Positions 13,144-25,849 of a stretch of DNA of 64,000 bases are shown in pieces. The position numbers were made by a program, and so were the translations under genes. Origin of the DNA: the human T2T-CHM13v2.0 reference genome, Homo sapiens; NCBI RefSeq assembly GCF_009914755.1, contig NC_060931.1. The stretch is one strand, 5' to 3'. Numbering within the stretch: the first letter of the stretch is position 1; every line of letters starts with the position of its first letter. The notes beneath the pieces were generated by a model, which was not told where the DNA came from, made no database searches, and saw nothing but the letters and a program-made list of their open reading frames with translations.

Positions 13144-14944
13144 GGCAAGAATCCTGCGTGCGGATGTTAAACCAGGGGCCAAATGCAGCCAGGCTTGCAC
13201 AGTGGGCTTGTCTTCAGCAAGATGGGGGCTGCCTCAGAATCACCAGGAACGTTCGATAAAAATGGAGACTTCCGGAACCTGCCCTAACCTACTGAACAGT
13301 ATCGTTGCTGGTGGGTGCCCTGCAGTCTGCATTTGGCAAACTGGCATAGCGAGTCCCATGCCGTGTCGAGCCTGAGCCCCACGTTTCATAAGGGATTAGG
13401 GTCACTGGAGCTCACGAGGCCGCACCTGTTCCTGGCTGGGTGCGCTTGGGCACTTTGCCCGTCTACGCCTGGAACTTCTCTGGTGTAAACTGGAATAATA
13501 TCTCCTTTACATGGCACAGAACTAAAGATTCTTTGAGTTCCAGGTAATAAAAACCAAGGCCAGACTAAATCAGACAAAATGACATTTAAAACATAATAAA
13601 GACAGGATTGCAGCTGACAGTGGATCTAGAGATCCACAGTTCACTGGGCCCCCACCCTGCCTGTCGCTCAGAAGTCTCCCCTCTGTGTGGCTTCACTCGC
13701 AGGCCGCTCCTCTGCACGGAGCAGCAGGGTGGCCGCCATCAGCCTGGTCTCATCTGCCCTCAGGGCTGATGGTCCTGGACAAACAGCTGTCTCTCTGTTC
13801 ATCAAACTTGAGTTCATAGCCTTCCAGAGGTGGCTGCAAAGCAGGCGGTGTGCTCACCTGGGCCGATCACACCTCTGAGGGACCGAGCGCTCTGAGGACG
13901 GTGCCCCAGGTCACACCCGTGAGGGGCACACATCCCCTGGGCTTCAGAGCAACGCAGCTGTGTCCTCTCCACAAGGTGAGTTTGAGGAATCTGTGCACAT
14001 GGGAAACACAGCCTGCGTTTCTGAGAACAAGGGCTTTTCAGGTTCCCTCCCTCTAGGCCCTCCAGGCCTGGGGGGACAGGTCCTGGTGCCACATTCATAG
14101 AACTACACGGCCCTGGCTCCTTCCAGGACCCAGAGGCCTGGACAGGAAGTGCTGGAGCAAAAGCGCTCCCATTCACACCAGATTCCACCAGCTCCTCAGG
14201 GGCTTCCGTCCCAGCCGGGGCGGGGGGCGGACACCTGAGAGGAGAGGCAGAGACCTCCCAGGAGGGTGGTGCGTGGCCCCTCCCTACAGCCCATGGGACG
14301 ACCGCACGGGAAGCCGCTGGAGAGCCGCCACTGAGCAACGTGTTTTCCGTGAAATAAAACTAAAAGGCTCCTGGTCTCTGTTTACCAGGTAGATAAAGAA
14401 ATCATAGTCATCAAAAGTAGCAAAGTGTTCATTAAACTTGATACAAAGTATATATTTAGGTGTCTGAATGTTTCCTGATGGAAGCATTTTCAAGGGCATT
14501 TGCCTCAGCTATGGGAACCAAACATTTACATGAAGGAAGGTTTAGAGGTGAACGTCCACTGCGGAGGTCGGAGAAGCACTCAGGTCAGCGGGCAGAGCGG
14601 CTAGTCGGTGGGCCGAGCTCTCTGCTACCCCCGCAGGAGTGTCCCGACGCCATCCCAGAAGCAGCACCTGTGGGCCACGGCGTTTGCTTAGAGCCTGGAC
14701 TGAGGCTGCCTGGACGGGGCCCCTCACCCGGCCAGAGTTAGGGGTGCCGCTGCCACCCCCATGGACCCGCTTCGGGCTGCTCAGTCCTTGTTCATTTGCA
14801 TCCATCTTGGTTTTTAGGAAGGCAAGTTTCTCAGGAGCTCAGAAAATTAATTTCGTAGTGATTAGGCTATCCCCAGAGTAACACGTTCCAACTGTCACCA
14901 GCACGGACTTCTCATGAAGCCTGGGACCATTTGCAAGGACTCCC

Positions 14945-14946
<2 letters not shown>

Positions 14947-14990
<44 letters not shown>
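14947..14990. repeat. (GT)22 microsatellite
   Basis: Perfect GT dinucleotide run. Confidence 0.97.
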
Positions 14991-14994
<4 letters not shown>

Positions 14995-17900
14995 CTGTGT
15001 CCTCTGAGTAGACACCGCTATGAATGTAGACTTGAGGTTTCTTGGCAAACATGTGTCCTCACTTATGTGGCTGAGGATTCTTCCCCGACTCAGGATGCAA
15101 GTGCCAGGGGACCCGAGTCTCCGGGGAAAGCTGGGTGCATGCACGGTTCTTTGATCCGTCATTTGAATAATTAGCTCTTAATTAGCTGTCTGAGTATGAT
15201 CATCAGCTTGAATGTAAGTTTCTTTAGAGGACACTGTGCTTTCCCATCCTGGTAAGTGGCGATGATGGGTTTCTGGGTATGAGGTTAATTTGAGGAGGAA
15301 TTCTCACCTCCTAGAGCCTGGCAGACAGCAGTCATGTGGCGCGTTAGCCAATTACCGGGAAAGCTTCCTGTGCCCGGACGGAATCTGCTTCCAGGAGCTG
15401 GGGGAGAGGAGGCTGCACATTGCTCCTGGTCACTGCCGGCGCCTTCTGTATCCTCTGACCCACCCTCCTACGGGAGGGAACGTCTCCGCTGGGGAAGACG
15501 ACCGTGTGGGCTCATCTCCAGCCACTGTGGTGACTATTGTCGTCCCCTTCACTCCGGATGCTCTTTCCCCCATGGCCAGATGCCAGCAGGGTTTGTCCCC
15601 AGGACCCTGCAGGAGATCCCCTCTTCATCATCCTGGGAGTGTGACGTGGTCTGCTAAGCAAAGCTCCTTCCCTGCAGCAGGTGAGTCCTAGCTCAGAGGA
15701 CACGGACGGTGATTTTCCAACTGTCGTGCTCAGAACAAACTTTCACATCCAAGAAATGTTGCAGACATCCTAGAAAGGATGAATCAAACCCACAGGCCCT
15801 CAGGCCCCCATGCAACACTGTGCTGCCTTGGCACAGAAATATTTACAGCAGAGTTCCCGTGTGAGCCTGCAGACACAGCAACCATTTTTTATAACAGTTC
15901 TCCAAAGTCTCTCCTCTTGAAAACAGAGCAAGTTGCACCCTGGTCTCCGTATCACATCGGCCTGCAGTTTCACACGATCTGCTTGGTTCGGAGTGCTGTC
16001 TTTCAGACCTGGCTGTGGCCACATGCTCCTCACAGCTTGCACATCCCTCAGTCTCGGCACCACGCCACACGGGAGGGGTTCCACCACGTCTCTGAGCTTA
16101 GGGTGGCCGGTGGTGCCCAGGGGAGGGGGAAGCCCGTGGCAGGCGTGGGATGGATTTGCTGAGTGACTCTAACCACTCCTTATGGAATGAGCACCACCTC
16201 GCCAGGGGCCTTGTCCTTGCCATCCTGGGGCCACACGTGTGGCTGCAAGGTCCCTCTGGCAAACCTCCTTTCCCTCTGGGGCTGGTTGAGGACTCCAGGG
16301 GGCCAGCCTGGAGACCAAGGCCGTGCTGTGTGGTCAGCAGACCAGTGAGGAGTCAGCAGACCAGTGAGGGGTCAGCGTTCTGCTGTGGCTGCCTGGACTC
16401 CTCTTCCTCTCAAGACAGCAGTGTCTGGGGACTGCCAAAACCTCTGCAGGGACCAGCAGCACAGGATCACAGAATTCCACACTTCCTGCTAAATCGGGGT
16501 CTCCTTTTCATCCGTCACATCTCCCTTCCCGACTGCACCATCAACATCAGTTCCTCATCTCCACAGCCACCAAGGGCAGCTCAGCTCAAGCTCTAGGACT
16601 GGCCACCCCTCTTCCTGGACTGTGATGATGGAGAGAGGCCCCAGTCCCAGGCAGCCACGAGGACGGCGCCTGTCCAGACACACAAAGCAAGGGCCCCGCA
16701 GGAGAAGCAAGCCTCCCTCACTCCAGATGCCTCGCCATGAAGCCGTACACCCACCCAGCCGACCTGCACGCGAGAGCTGCTCATTCGTTTTTCGGCTCGG
16801 CAGCTGCACGACCTTGTGGGTTCCTGAGCTGCTGGCTGGGAAGCTGAGGTTGGACTCAGACAGGCAGGAGGCACGCAGGCCCCGGAGTGAGGCGCCACCG
16901 TGGCTCAGGGCAGAGAATGCTGATCTGAGGAGGGAACATCTAAACTAAGGCTTGGAGGGTGGGTGGTCGGGGGCGAGGGAGGAGTGTGCCCCAGCCTCCT
17001 ATCTGACCTGAACGTGCCCATTTCCATCTTGGCAGGTGCTGAGGCAGTGATGCTGCCGGGTGGTTCCACGGCCTCTCTCCCCAGGGCTCTGAGTGTCAGG
17101 TGGGGGTCCAGGCTGAGGCTCAAGTCAGGTCTGCTCTGTGTGCCCCTCACTCTGCTGAGCTCCAGGCATGTTTTTCCTGAAGCCGATTCCCTGGAACACA
17201 TTGCAGGGCCTGCGGACATCCACCAGCGTCCACGTGGTCAAAGCCCACCTTAGTGGGGTGGAGAAAAATGTTCCTTCCATGGCCATCAGGAGCAGGGCTG
17301 ACCATCGCAGGGAGGGCTCACATCTGCCCAGTCTCTGCCAGCGAGTCTCCTCTCAGATCCCACGTGGGCACTCCCTCCCCACCCCTTCGTCTCTAAGATT
17401 AAATCCAGGTGCCTTGAGCCCCAGTCCCCATGTTCCCCTCAAACCCCTGTTCCTCCCCACAGAGACACATGGCTCCAGCTCCACACCCGAGCACCTGCTG
17501 TTTACGGTTTGTGCTGACCGGATGCTGTTTCTCCTTCCATCTCCACCTGCAAATGTTCTGCTGACCCTCAGGCCGGTTTGAAGACCAGCACAGCCCATGT
17601 GAGCAGGGCACAGGGCCCCATCCTGAGTGGCTGGCCTGTCCGGGGGAGGAAGTTCCACCCCACACCCACCCCACCACCACAGGATGTGCCCAGAAGGCGG
17701 AGGGACTGGCCACTGTGGGGGCTCCCATGTCCAGGCCGGGCCTCCTCAGCATAAAATCAGCTGACAGCAGCCTCAACGCGCCACTGCCTGAGAGGACACC
17801 GCCTCTCCAAACCTGGGAAGAAGGCAGCCACGCCCTGGGGAGGGAACAGGTGGAGGTGGGTGCCAGGACTAGCCAGGACTTCCTCCCAAATATTTAGAAA

Positions 17901-18752
17901 CTTGATTGCAATGAAAAGATAGCATCACTGAATTAAAGACGTCATTTATTATGGAGCTGAGATTTGGTTTGCCCAGCAGCTTAAAACAATGTCACTCACA
18001 GCCTTGTGGCACCTTGGGACGGGCAGGTGCCTACACAATTATTTACTTAAGAACATACCTTCCTTTAAAATAACCAATGTTGTACTTAGATAAATGTATT
18101 TACATGGGAGACTTTCTGTCACAGATTTGATGTCTCGTGATCATTTCTCTTAGTATACATTAAAAGTTAATTATTGTCAGAAAAAGTTATCTGAAACCTG
18201 GAACTAAGTCCCTAAAGTGGGCAGGGCTGGGGGGAAGGTTCCCGAGACCTGGGCTGGTTCCCAAGACCTGGGCTGCGGGGGACTTAGTTCACCTCCCAGT
18301 TTGCTGTTCAAAGGTTCCAGACTCAGAGACGTGTCCCATTATCTGGATTTTAGCCGAAGGCAGATGCAGTGATCTCTGTCCAGGGAGACAGATAATCCAC
18401 AGATTTCAGGCCGGCTGGACATTAACCAGTCCATAACCCAGAGGTCTTATCTCAGCCTTTCTTGTCAAATTGCCTGTAAACACCTCTTCTGTGAAGTGTG
18501 CTCAGCAGCCAGTCACAGCGTCTGCCATAACATCGCCCCTCATTTGTTAATGAATTCAATGAAATCTTCGACGTGTGCCCATTTTCCATTTGCTGGAGAA
18601 TCACGATTTTACCCTTTTGAAAATTATACGTTAGCAACCATAAACTGTTCTCTAAGTACATACAGGCAGCAGCTTAAAATCCTCCTGTGGGCTAAAGGCT
18701 GGGCAGTCCTATCAGGGCTGTGATGGGGGGAGGTGGCTGGTTTGTGGAGGAA

Positions 18753-18958
18753 CTTCCCCTCCCTCCCTCCCTCCTTCCTTCTTTCCTTCCCTCTCTTCTT
18801 CCCCCTTCCCTCCCTCCTTCCCTCCCTCCCTCCTTCCCTCCCTCCCTCCTTCCCTCCCTCCCTCCTCCCTTCCTCCTTCCTATTCTCTGTCCCTCCGTCC
18901 TTCCCTCCCTCCCTCCTTCCCTCCCTTCCTCCCTCTCTCCCTCTTTCCCTCCTTCCTT
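18753..18958. repeat. Polypyrimidine (CCCT/CCTT)n low-complexity tract
   Basis: ~200 bp almost entirely C/T on the + strand. Confidence 0.95.
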
Positions 18959-21033
18959 ATGTGAGACATGTGAGAGTCTCACCCCAGCCTTGGGGGACAC
19001 AGCAGGACGCAGGCAGTGGGTGTAGTGGCCACTGGGTGGGCTGGAGGGGGCTGCTCAGAGGAAGTCTCTCTGAGTGCTTGGGGAATGAAAGGCCTTTAAT
19101 GAGTAGAGACCGGAAAGGAGCAAATGCTTGTGTGTTTCTCAAGAAAACAGTGTGAGGGAAGGCACAGAAGCAGCTGGAGGAACAGGAACAGCTGGGGAAA
19201 GGGCACGCGTGGCCAGACAAGGAGGTCTAGAAGAGGCAGCGCCCTCACTCTCTGCACAGACCTCGTGCTGGGGATGGATGGAGACCAAGAGTCTGACCTT
19301 CTAGTGGGGGGTGTTTGAAAGCCCCTTAGGGCCCTGCCACCTGTGGTTTGGTGTTGACAACACCTGCTCTTCCCTGGGGGATCCGTGGACCTCCCTGCAT
19401 GGTGCATGTGGCAGGGCCCTGTGGCTCCAGAAAATTCCTGGCCACCGTTGGGGTGCGGAGCAGGGTCAGTGTGCCCGGGTCCATGCCAGGCCACCGCTGC
19501 CCCCCAGGCTCACGACAGGACGGCGAGTGCTCCACACAGGTGGGGTGCCCTAGTTCTGTGCAGGTGCACGTCCGAGTGTGGCCTCTGAATCAATTCCCTG
19601 AATCAGCCCCACAATGGGGATGTCTGTGTAGACACAGCCCCTCGTTCCCAGCCCTACCAGCAACCTGAAAGGAGCCGTGTTCCTCGAGCCTATAAAATTA
19701 ACCCCTTCAGCTGGCTGCTTACCCTACAGTGTCTCTGGTGAACCCACAAGGCCCAGCCCTTCCCAACTGGCCAGGACCTGACCCAGGAGCTGGTCTGCGG
19801 GAAGGCGTGGGCTTAGAAGGAAGTGGAGTGTGGGGCTCACGGCCCCTTCCTGAGGCTGCAGCTGCCCTGGGGAGGCCCCTGTGCTGAGACATCTTGGAGT
19901 GAGGGTGTCCGCTGAGAAGAGGGCTTAGCCGAGGCCCCTGGGTGGAGGTTCCTGGTGTTCACCCACCCTCCCTTCCTCCCGAGACCTGGCCGGCTGGCGT
20001 CCCCTTTGGTGCCGGTTGGAGGCTCTGCCTGCAGGCTGGGCTCCTCCCCAGTGGGAGCTGGTGTTCCTGGTATCACAAGAGCGTCTCCTGCTTCCTCTTC
20101 TTGCACAGGCAGGACCGTCAGGCCAGCCTCAGAGCCCTTTTCTTCTCCCAGCTCCCCCAGAAGTTGCCCCCTAATCACCCCTTCCAAGGACATTTCCCTT
20201 ATTTTCCACTCAAGACAGCGCGAGGCCATCCCTCCTGCCCCCGTGTCAGAGCCCCCGAGGCCCCCAAGGCAGACACGAAGCTCATCCCGAGAGGGACCTC
20301 GTGAGGGCTGCGGTGGCCCAGCGGGAGGTGCTGCGTCCTGACCACACACATCACAAGCTCCAAGTCAGCACCTGTGTGAGGAACAGGCTCTATTCACGTC
20401 TCTCAACTTGGAGAATGAGCTTCTACGGTGCTAGGAGCTTCCTTGCCCGCTGTGCACTTTCGTCTGATCAGCAGCCAGATGCTTTTACAGTGTTCCCACA
20501 AGGACAGCGAGCACCAGGACCCCACCTCTCGATTGTATTGTGTCCAGTTCTACTGCGACTCCAGGATAGCCCCTGAGAAAGGAGAACACAAACACACAGA
20601 AAGGGAACATCAGCTCTGCCCTCCCTGAGCGCCTTGTCTAAGTCTGAGGGTGGTGCCACCTCTGATGGATGCTGATGTATGGAGCCTCTGTCATCTATGA
20701 CCAGACATATGGGGCAGGCAGAGATACACAAAGGCCTGCAATGGGAGCAAACACAGGCTCTGCACAGGAGCCTCCGGTGGCCTCGGGGCCAAACGTCACT
20801 GTGTCCAGCGGGTGGGGGAGCTCCAGGCTGCCGGCAGCCGGCCGTCCTACACGTCAGGCTAGAGGAGCACCCGTGGCTTCTCTGACTGGGCCTGAGGTGG
20901 GAGTGATGTGGGGAGGGTGGTGGTAAACAATCAGAGAAACTAGCAGTGTGGACCAAGTCCTGACCTCGGGGCAGCTGCTGCAGAGGCCCTGGCCAGAGTC
21001 CCATGGGCATCCTCAGTCCGGCTGGGGTTGGGG

Positions 21034-21287
21034 TGTCCCTGGAGGGTCCGTGTCCCTGGAGGGTCCGTGTCCCTGGTGGATCCGTCCCCTGGAGGGTCCG
21101 TGTCCCTGGTGGATCCGTCTCCTGGAGGGTCCATGTCCCTGGAGGGTCCGTGTCCCTGGTGGATCCGTCTCCTGGAGGGTCCGTGTCCCTGGTGGATCCA
21201 TCTCTTGGAGGGTCCGTGTCCCTGGTGGATCCGTGTCCCTAGTAGATCCGTCTCCTGGAGGGTCCGTGTCCCTGGCGGATCCGTCTC
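21034..21287. repeat. Minisatellite of 16-17-bp monomers (33-bp dimer), ~15 monomers
   Basis: Interleaved GTCCCTGGAGGGTCCGT / GTCCCTGGTGGATCCGT / CTCCTGGAGGGTCCGT. Confidence 0.93.
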
Positions 21288-21624
21288 TGACCGCGCGTGC
21301 TCTTCACCATGGAAGGAGGTGCTGGTAGCCAAGCCGCCCTCCCCAAGTGGGCGTCCACTTTGAGGAAACGCGTGTGTGAGTCCCCTTGTTGGCTGGGTGT
21401 CTCCGTCTAAAGGGACAGCTGGAACTCCCCACAGTACAAGGTCTCACCAGGGCCCCTCAGATCCCACACAGCTGCAGGGATGTCCCTGCTGCCCGAGGTC
21501 TGGTGAGAGGCTTGATGGAGGATTCTGCCAACCCCCACCTCAAAACCCTCACAGCAGCTGCATTTTGAGGTTTTGTTCAATTTTATTTGCAGGTCTTCAA
21601 AATGAAAAAAATTTATATGTACCA

Positions 21625-21862
21625 GGCCAGGTGTGGTGGTGGCTCATGCCTGTAATCCCGGCAGTTTTGGAGGTCAAGGTGGGCAGATTGTTGAACCCAG
21701 GTCTTTATGGCCAGCCTGGGCAGCGTAGTGAGACCTCACCTGTACAAAAAATTAAAACGTAGCGAGACACGGTGGCAGGATCGCTTGCGCCCGAGAGGTC
21801 AAGGCCGCAGTGAGATGGGATCGCACCACTGCACTCCAGCCTGGGTGACAAAGTGAGTCATT
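21625..21862 (+). mobile_element. Alu (AluJ-type, internally deleted)
   Basis: GGCCAGGTGTGGTGGTGGCTCATGCCTGTAATCCC...GAGGTCAAGGCCGCAGTGAG...CACTGCACTCCAGCCTGGGTGACA. Confidence 0.88.
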
Positions 21863-23449
21863 TCTCTCTCTCTCTATCTATATATATAATCCAATGAATC
21901 TAAAGCATTTCCACGTTAAAAGTCACAAGGATCATTTCAAAGGAAAAATGGACCTGAGCTACTTTCTGCCTCAGCTCAAGACCCTGCTGGGGAAATCGTT
22001 AGGTGGAGCCTTTGCTGGAAACAGCACCATCAGGTCCGCCTGTGCCCCAGCGCCCGGGGAACACAGGCATCCCTCCCCTCCGGAGGGCCTCCCCAGGCGG
22101 TAGAGACCAGTGCATTAGGCAGAGGCCTCGGTCCTGCCCGGATCTGCCATCTCCTCGTTGTGTGGGTTCCAACCTTGCTTTAATAGCTCCCACACCATTA
22201 CCAGGAAATGGATCCACTTACTCTGTGCGGATGAGAATTCCATTAATGTTCGCTCTGACCTTTGCTAATCCCAGCGTCATTCGCAGTGCCTCCATCTCAA
22301 AATCTCCTTAATGCCAAAGGCGGTAATGGGTGTCTGCTGTGCCTGCCTAATGAGCTGTAAAATGAACCAGTGGGTGATTTGTTTCTTGCCGTCAAGACCC
22401 TGGTTAAGTGACGGCCAGGACGGTGGAAGGAAGGCCGGGGGTCCTGTCCCCCAGACGGCACTCCAGACATCAGGCTCTCGGATCACAATTGATTCAAAGG
22501 TAAAAACACGTTCATGCACACACCTGGTTTTCCATTCTCTTAACATTTTTTTCTCCATAATTAGTTTCTCCAGCATCATCTTGGGAGAATGTTGACGTCA
22601 CTGATCTTGGTTTCTCGGATGGTGATGAATCTGGGCAGGGGGCTGGAGTGGAACCTGCCAGCCCCTCCTCAGCCCGGGCGCCCGACCTCAGCTCCCTCCA
22701 GCCCTGGACTCTGTTTTCTTCCAAGACTGGGCCCTGCTTCCCTGCACCACGGTCCGCCTGGATCCTGCACACCCAGCCCGGTGGCTCCTGCCCACTCAGC
22801 GGGGCCCTGACGCCCTACATCTCCTCTGTGAGCAAAAGCTCTCTTGTTGTTAGAGAGACTTGCGGAAGCCACACACCCATAGACCGTTACTTCTACACAT
22901 TCTTTTTATTTCACACAGATCTGCATCCCTTGAAGTACTCACGGGGACGTATTCCGCATGGTTTCCATCTTAGTGCACATAGAACACGGTTTTAACTTAC
23001 AATCGGCACTGTCTTCTCAAGATCTGTCACTTTGAAAACGTCATTGCCAATAATTGTACATATTGCGTTAATTTCCTAAATCACGATTCACCATCCATCC
23101 TTCAAATGCTGAAAACACTCTCTTGATTCCCAATTTAAATACTTTTACAGGCAATACCACAAATGCCTTTAGAAATGGAAGTTTGTCTTCTTCTTGTTAT
23201 TTTTGTCTCTTGTTTCTTCCATCGAATAATGGCCTTGTCGAGTTGGTGAGAGTGAATCACTTGTGAGTCTTGATTTCCAAAGAGGCTGAGCAGATTTACA
23301 AGGCCACAAACACCTACTTCAGATGAGACCTTTGGGGTCTCTCAGGAGGGGCGAGAGACAGAGCCGGTGACTCGCTGGGCGCTGACAGGACCCGCAAGGG
23401 TTGGTTCGTCAGTATCCACCACCCCCTTCCTCTCGCTGATGCTGCTCTG

Positions 23450-23730
23450 AATCTGACACTGTGGATTGGTTCGGCTGCTGTAGGATTTTCTACAAACGGA
23501 ACATGGACAGGTCCTCTTTGGGTCCGCCCTTTGGTCTCAGCATCATGGCTGAGACAAGTCCTGTCGTAGCTATGTCAGAGTGGCGGGGTCCTCACTTCTC
23601 ACTGCTGTCCAGATTCTCCTGTGTGTACCCCACAGGCTGTGCACCCGCTCTGCCATCAGTGGGCATCTGGGGCGCATGGCAGACCATGTGCATGTCGGCC
23701 ATGTGAGCCCATGTCCTGGTGTCCACCCCA
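23450..23730 (-). mobile_element. Ancient L1M(E) 3'-end fragment, GC-shifted
   Basis: Colinear by eye with the L1ME 3' motif series: GATTGGTT..GCTG, ACAAACGGAACATGGACAG, CTCAGCATCATG..TGAGA, CACTGCTG....ATTC, TGGGCATCTGGG. Confidence 0.55.
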
Positions 23731-23769
23731 TGCAGCCTGTCCCGGGGGTGGCCTGAGGCTGCCTTGCCT

Positions 23770-24040
23770 CCCCTGGGCTGAGGCTGGGACACCTGTGGCC
23801 TGTCTTACCCTTTTGCTGGCGTCCTCTGGGGAGTATCCAGAAGTGAGGGGCCCCACGGAGAGGCGCATGCAGCAGGAACCCCAGGCAGTGCCGGCAGCCC
23901 CAGGAGAGAATCCCACCAGCCGCCATGCGAGTGAGCTTGGAGACCACGCAGTCGGGAGAGGCCGCCCGGCCACAGAAAAAAGTCGTCCTGTTGTTCAGGA
24001 TCCAGGCCAGGGTCATCTGCTGAGCAGCAACAGACAAGGA
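23770..24040 (+). mobile_element. MLT1-type LTR 3' fragment
   Basis: CCATGCGAGTGAGCTTGGA and terminal GGGTCATCTGCTGAGCAGCAACAGACAA resemble the MLT1 3' end. Confidence 0.45.
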
Positions 24041-24185
24041 AAACCGCCGTTACGGGCACTGCTGCCATCTCGCAATTTACATAAAGTCTCAGCTCTGTGC
24101 GTGGGACAGCAGCGTTTGAAGCTGTCCCCATCAAGGGCCTGTACAACCACCTCCTTCACAGTTAGGGGTTGGCCGTCCTGAGGCT

Positions 24186-24248
24186 GCCCGACCCCCTCCC
24201 GGCTCCCCGACCCCCTCCCGGCTCCCCGACCCCCCTCCCGGCTCCCCT
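24186..24248. repeat. 20-bp C-rich tandem repeat (3 copies)
   Basis: CCGACCCCCTCCCGGCTCCC repeated. Confidence 0.9.
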
Positions 24249-25370
24249 TGTCTGGGAAGCAGCTCTCTCCAGTGTAGCCACTCAACACGGCTGGTTTCAT
24301 TGCAGCAGTGCACGCCCACCTGTGGCCACCCCGGCCTCCTCCCCGACACCCACACGGAAGGCCGTGTCCCCTCCCCTCCGTGTCCTGGGCGCAAAGGGCG
24401 CCCGGAGTGCCTGCGTGTGGACGCACAAGCCCAGGGCCACGGCGCTGCAGGGCAGCCCTTTTCTCACTGCAAGCCTGCACCCTTCTCTCACTGCTTTCCA
24501 GGGGGAGCTCTCTCAGGTCCAGAGCCCCACGGCTCACACCTCCTCTCCTGCCTCTGGCTTCCTGTCTTCAGGAGGATATTTCAAGTTCCAAGAAGGTACT
24601 CAGTAACTTCTTTGACTAATATTATGTTGAGAAATGATCATTTTACTTTCAGGTGCTTTTTAAAAGCTACATTCACAGAAATTTTAAAAAATCTCAATAT
24701 GCGGTCATCTGCGTTTTCTGCTGGGGCACGCTTCAGTTCTGTGTTGGACACTGCGGAGAGTAGAGGGCTGGGCACAGCATCTGCACGGAGCCGGGCGCAG
24801 CACCTGCACGTGCAGACAGGGGAGGGCCCCTGGAGGGCTCAGCTCCCGCGTGAGGGTCCAGCCTGGACACAAGGTTGAGACGCACATGGGGACAAGTGGG
24901 AGGTATTGGGTGGGGCACAGGGGCTAGGAGGCCAAGGGCTTGCTCCTGGAATTCTATACAGGCCTGCAAACCCTGCTCAGTGGAACACCACACCAGACAC
25001 AGTTCTGGGGCTGGAGGAGCCGCAGCCACCCCGGGACCCCCACCATCCTGGCATCAAGGGCCTCAGACTCTGCTCTCTGTAAGCTCCCTCTGGAGGGAGC
25101 AGAGCCAGTGAGATCTGGAGAACAGAGGGTACCTGGGCCCTTCCTGGAGAGTGGGGGACACTTCGTGTTCGTGGGAACGTCCAGCTGCCATGAGGGTCCC
25201 TGGGGCAAGCTGGAGGTACGTGCGGAGAAGGGGGCCAGCTCCTCTCAGGCAGCCCACTCCAGCCTATCTGTGACACTGGCTTCACGAGGGGAGTGAGGAG
25301 AGGGATGCGGGCCCTTAGCAAACCAGGAAGCCTGAAAAACACCTATTGACAAGAGCGGGTCAGAGGAGCT

Positions 25371-25849
25371 GGGGAGACGGCCCAGGTCAGCCCAGTTCAG
25401 AGGGAGAGGGCCCAGGTCAGCCCAGTTCGGGGGGAGAGGGCCCAGGTCAGCCCAGTGCGGGGGGAGAGGGCCCAGGTCAGCCCAGTGCGGGGGGAGAGGG
25501 CCCAGGTCAGCCCAGTCCGGGGGGAGAGGGCCCAGGTCAGCCCAGTGCGGGGGGAGAGGGCCCAGGTCAGCCCAGTGCGGGGGGAGAGGGCCCAGGTCAG
25601 CCCAGTGCGGGGGGAGAGGGCCCAGGTCAGCCCAGTGCGGGGGGAGAGGGCCCAGGTCAGCCCAGTCCGGGGGGAGAGGGCCCAGGTCAGCCCAGTCCGG
25701 GGGGAGAGGGCCCAGGTCAGCCCAGTCCGGGGGGAGAGGGCCCAGGTCAGCCCAGTCCGGGGGGAGAGGGCCCAGGTCAGCCCAGTGCGGAGGGAGAGGG
25801 CCCAGGTCAGCCCAGTGCGGAGGGAGAGGGCCCAGGTCAGCCCAGTCCA
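25371..25849. repeat. 30-bp G-rich minisatellite (16 copies)
   Basis: CCCAGGTCAG recurs every 30 bp from 25381 to 25831. Unit GGGGAGAGGGCCCAGGTCAGCCCAGT[G/C]CGG. Confidence 0.98.
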
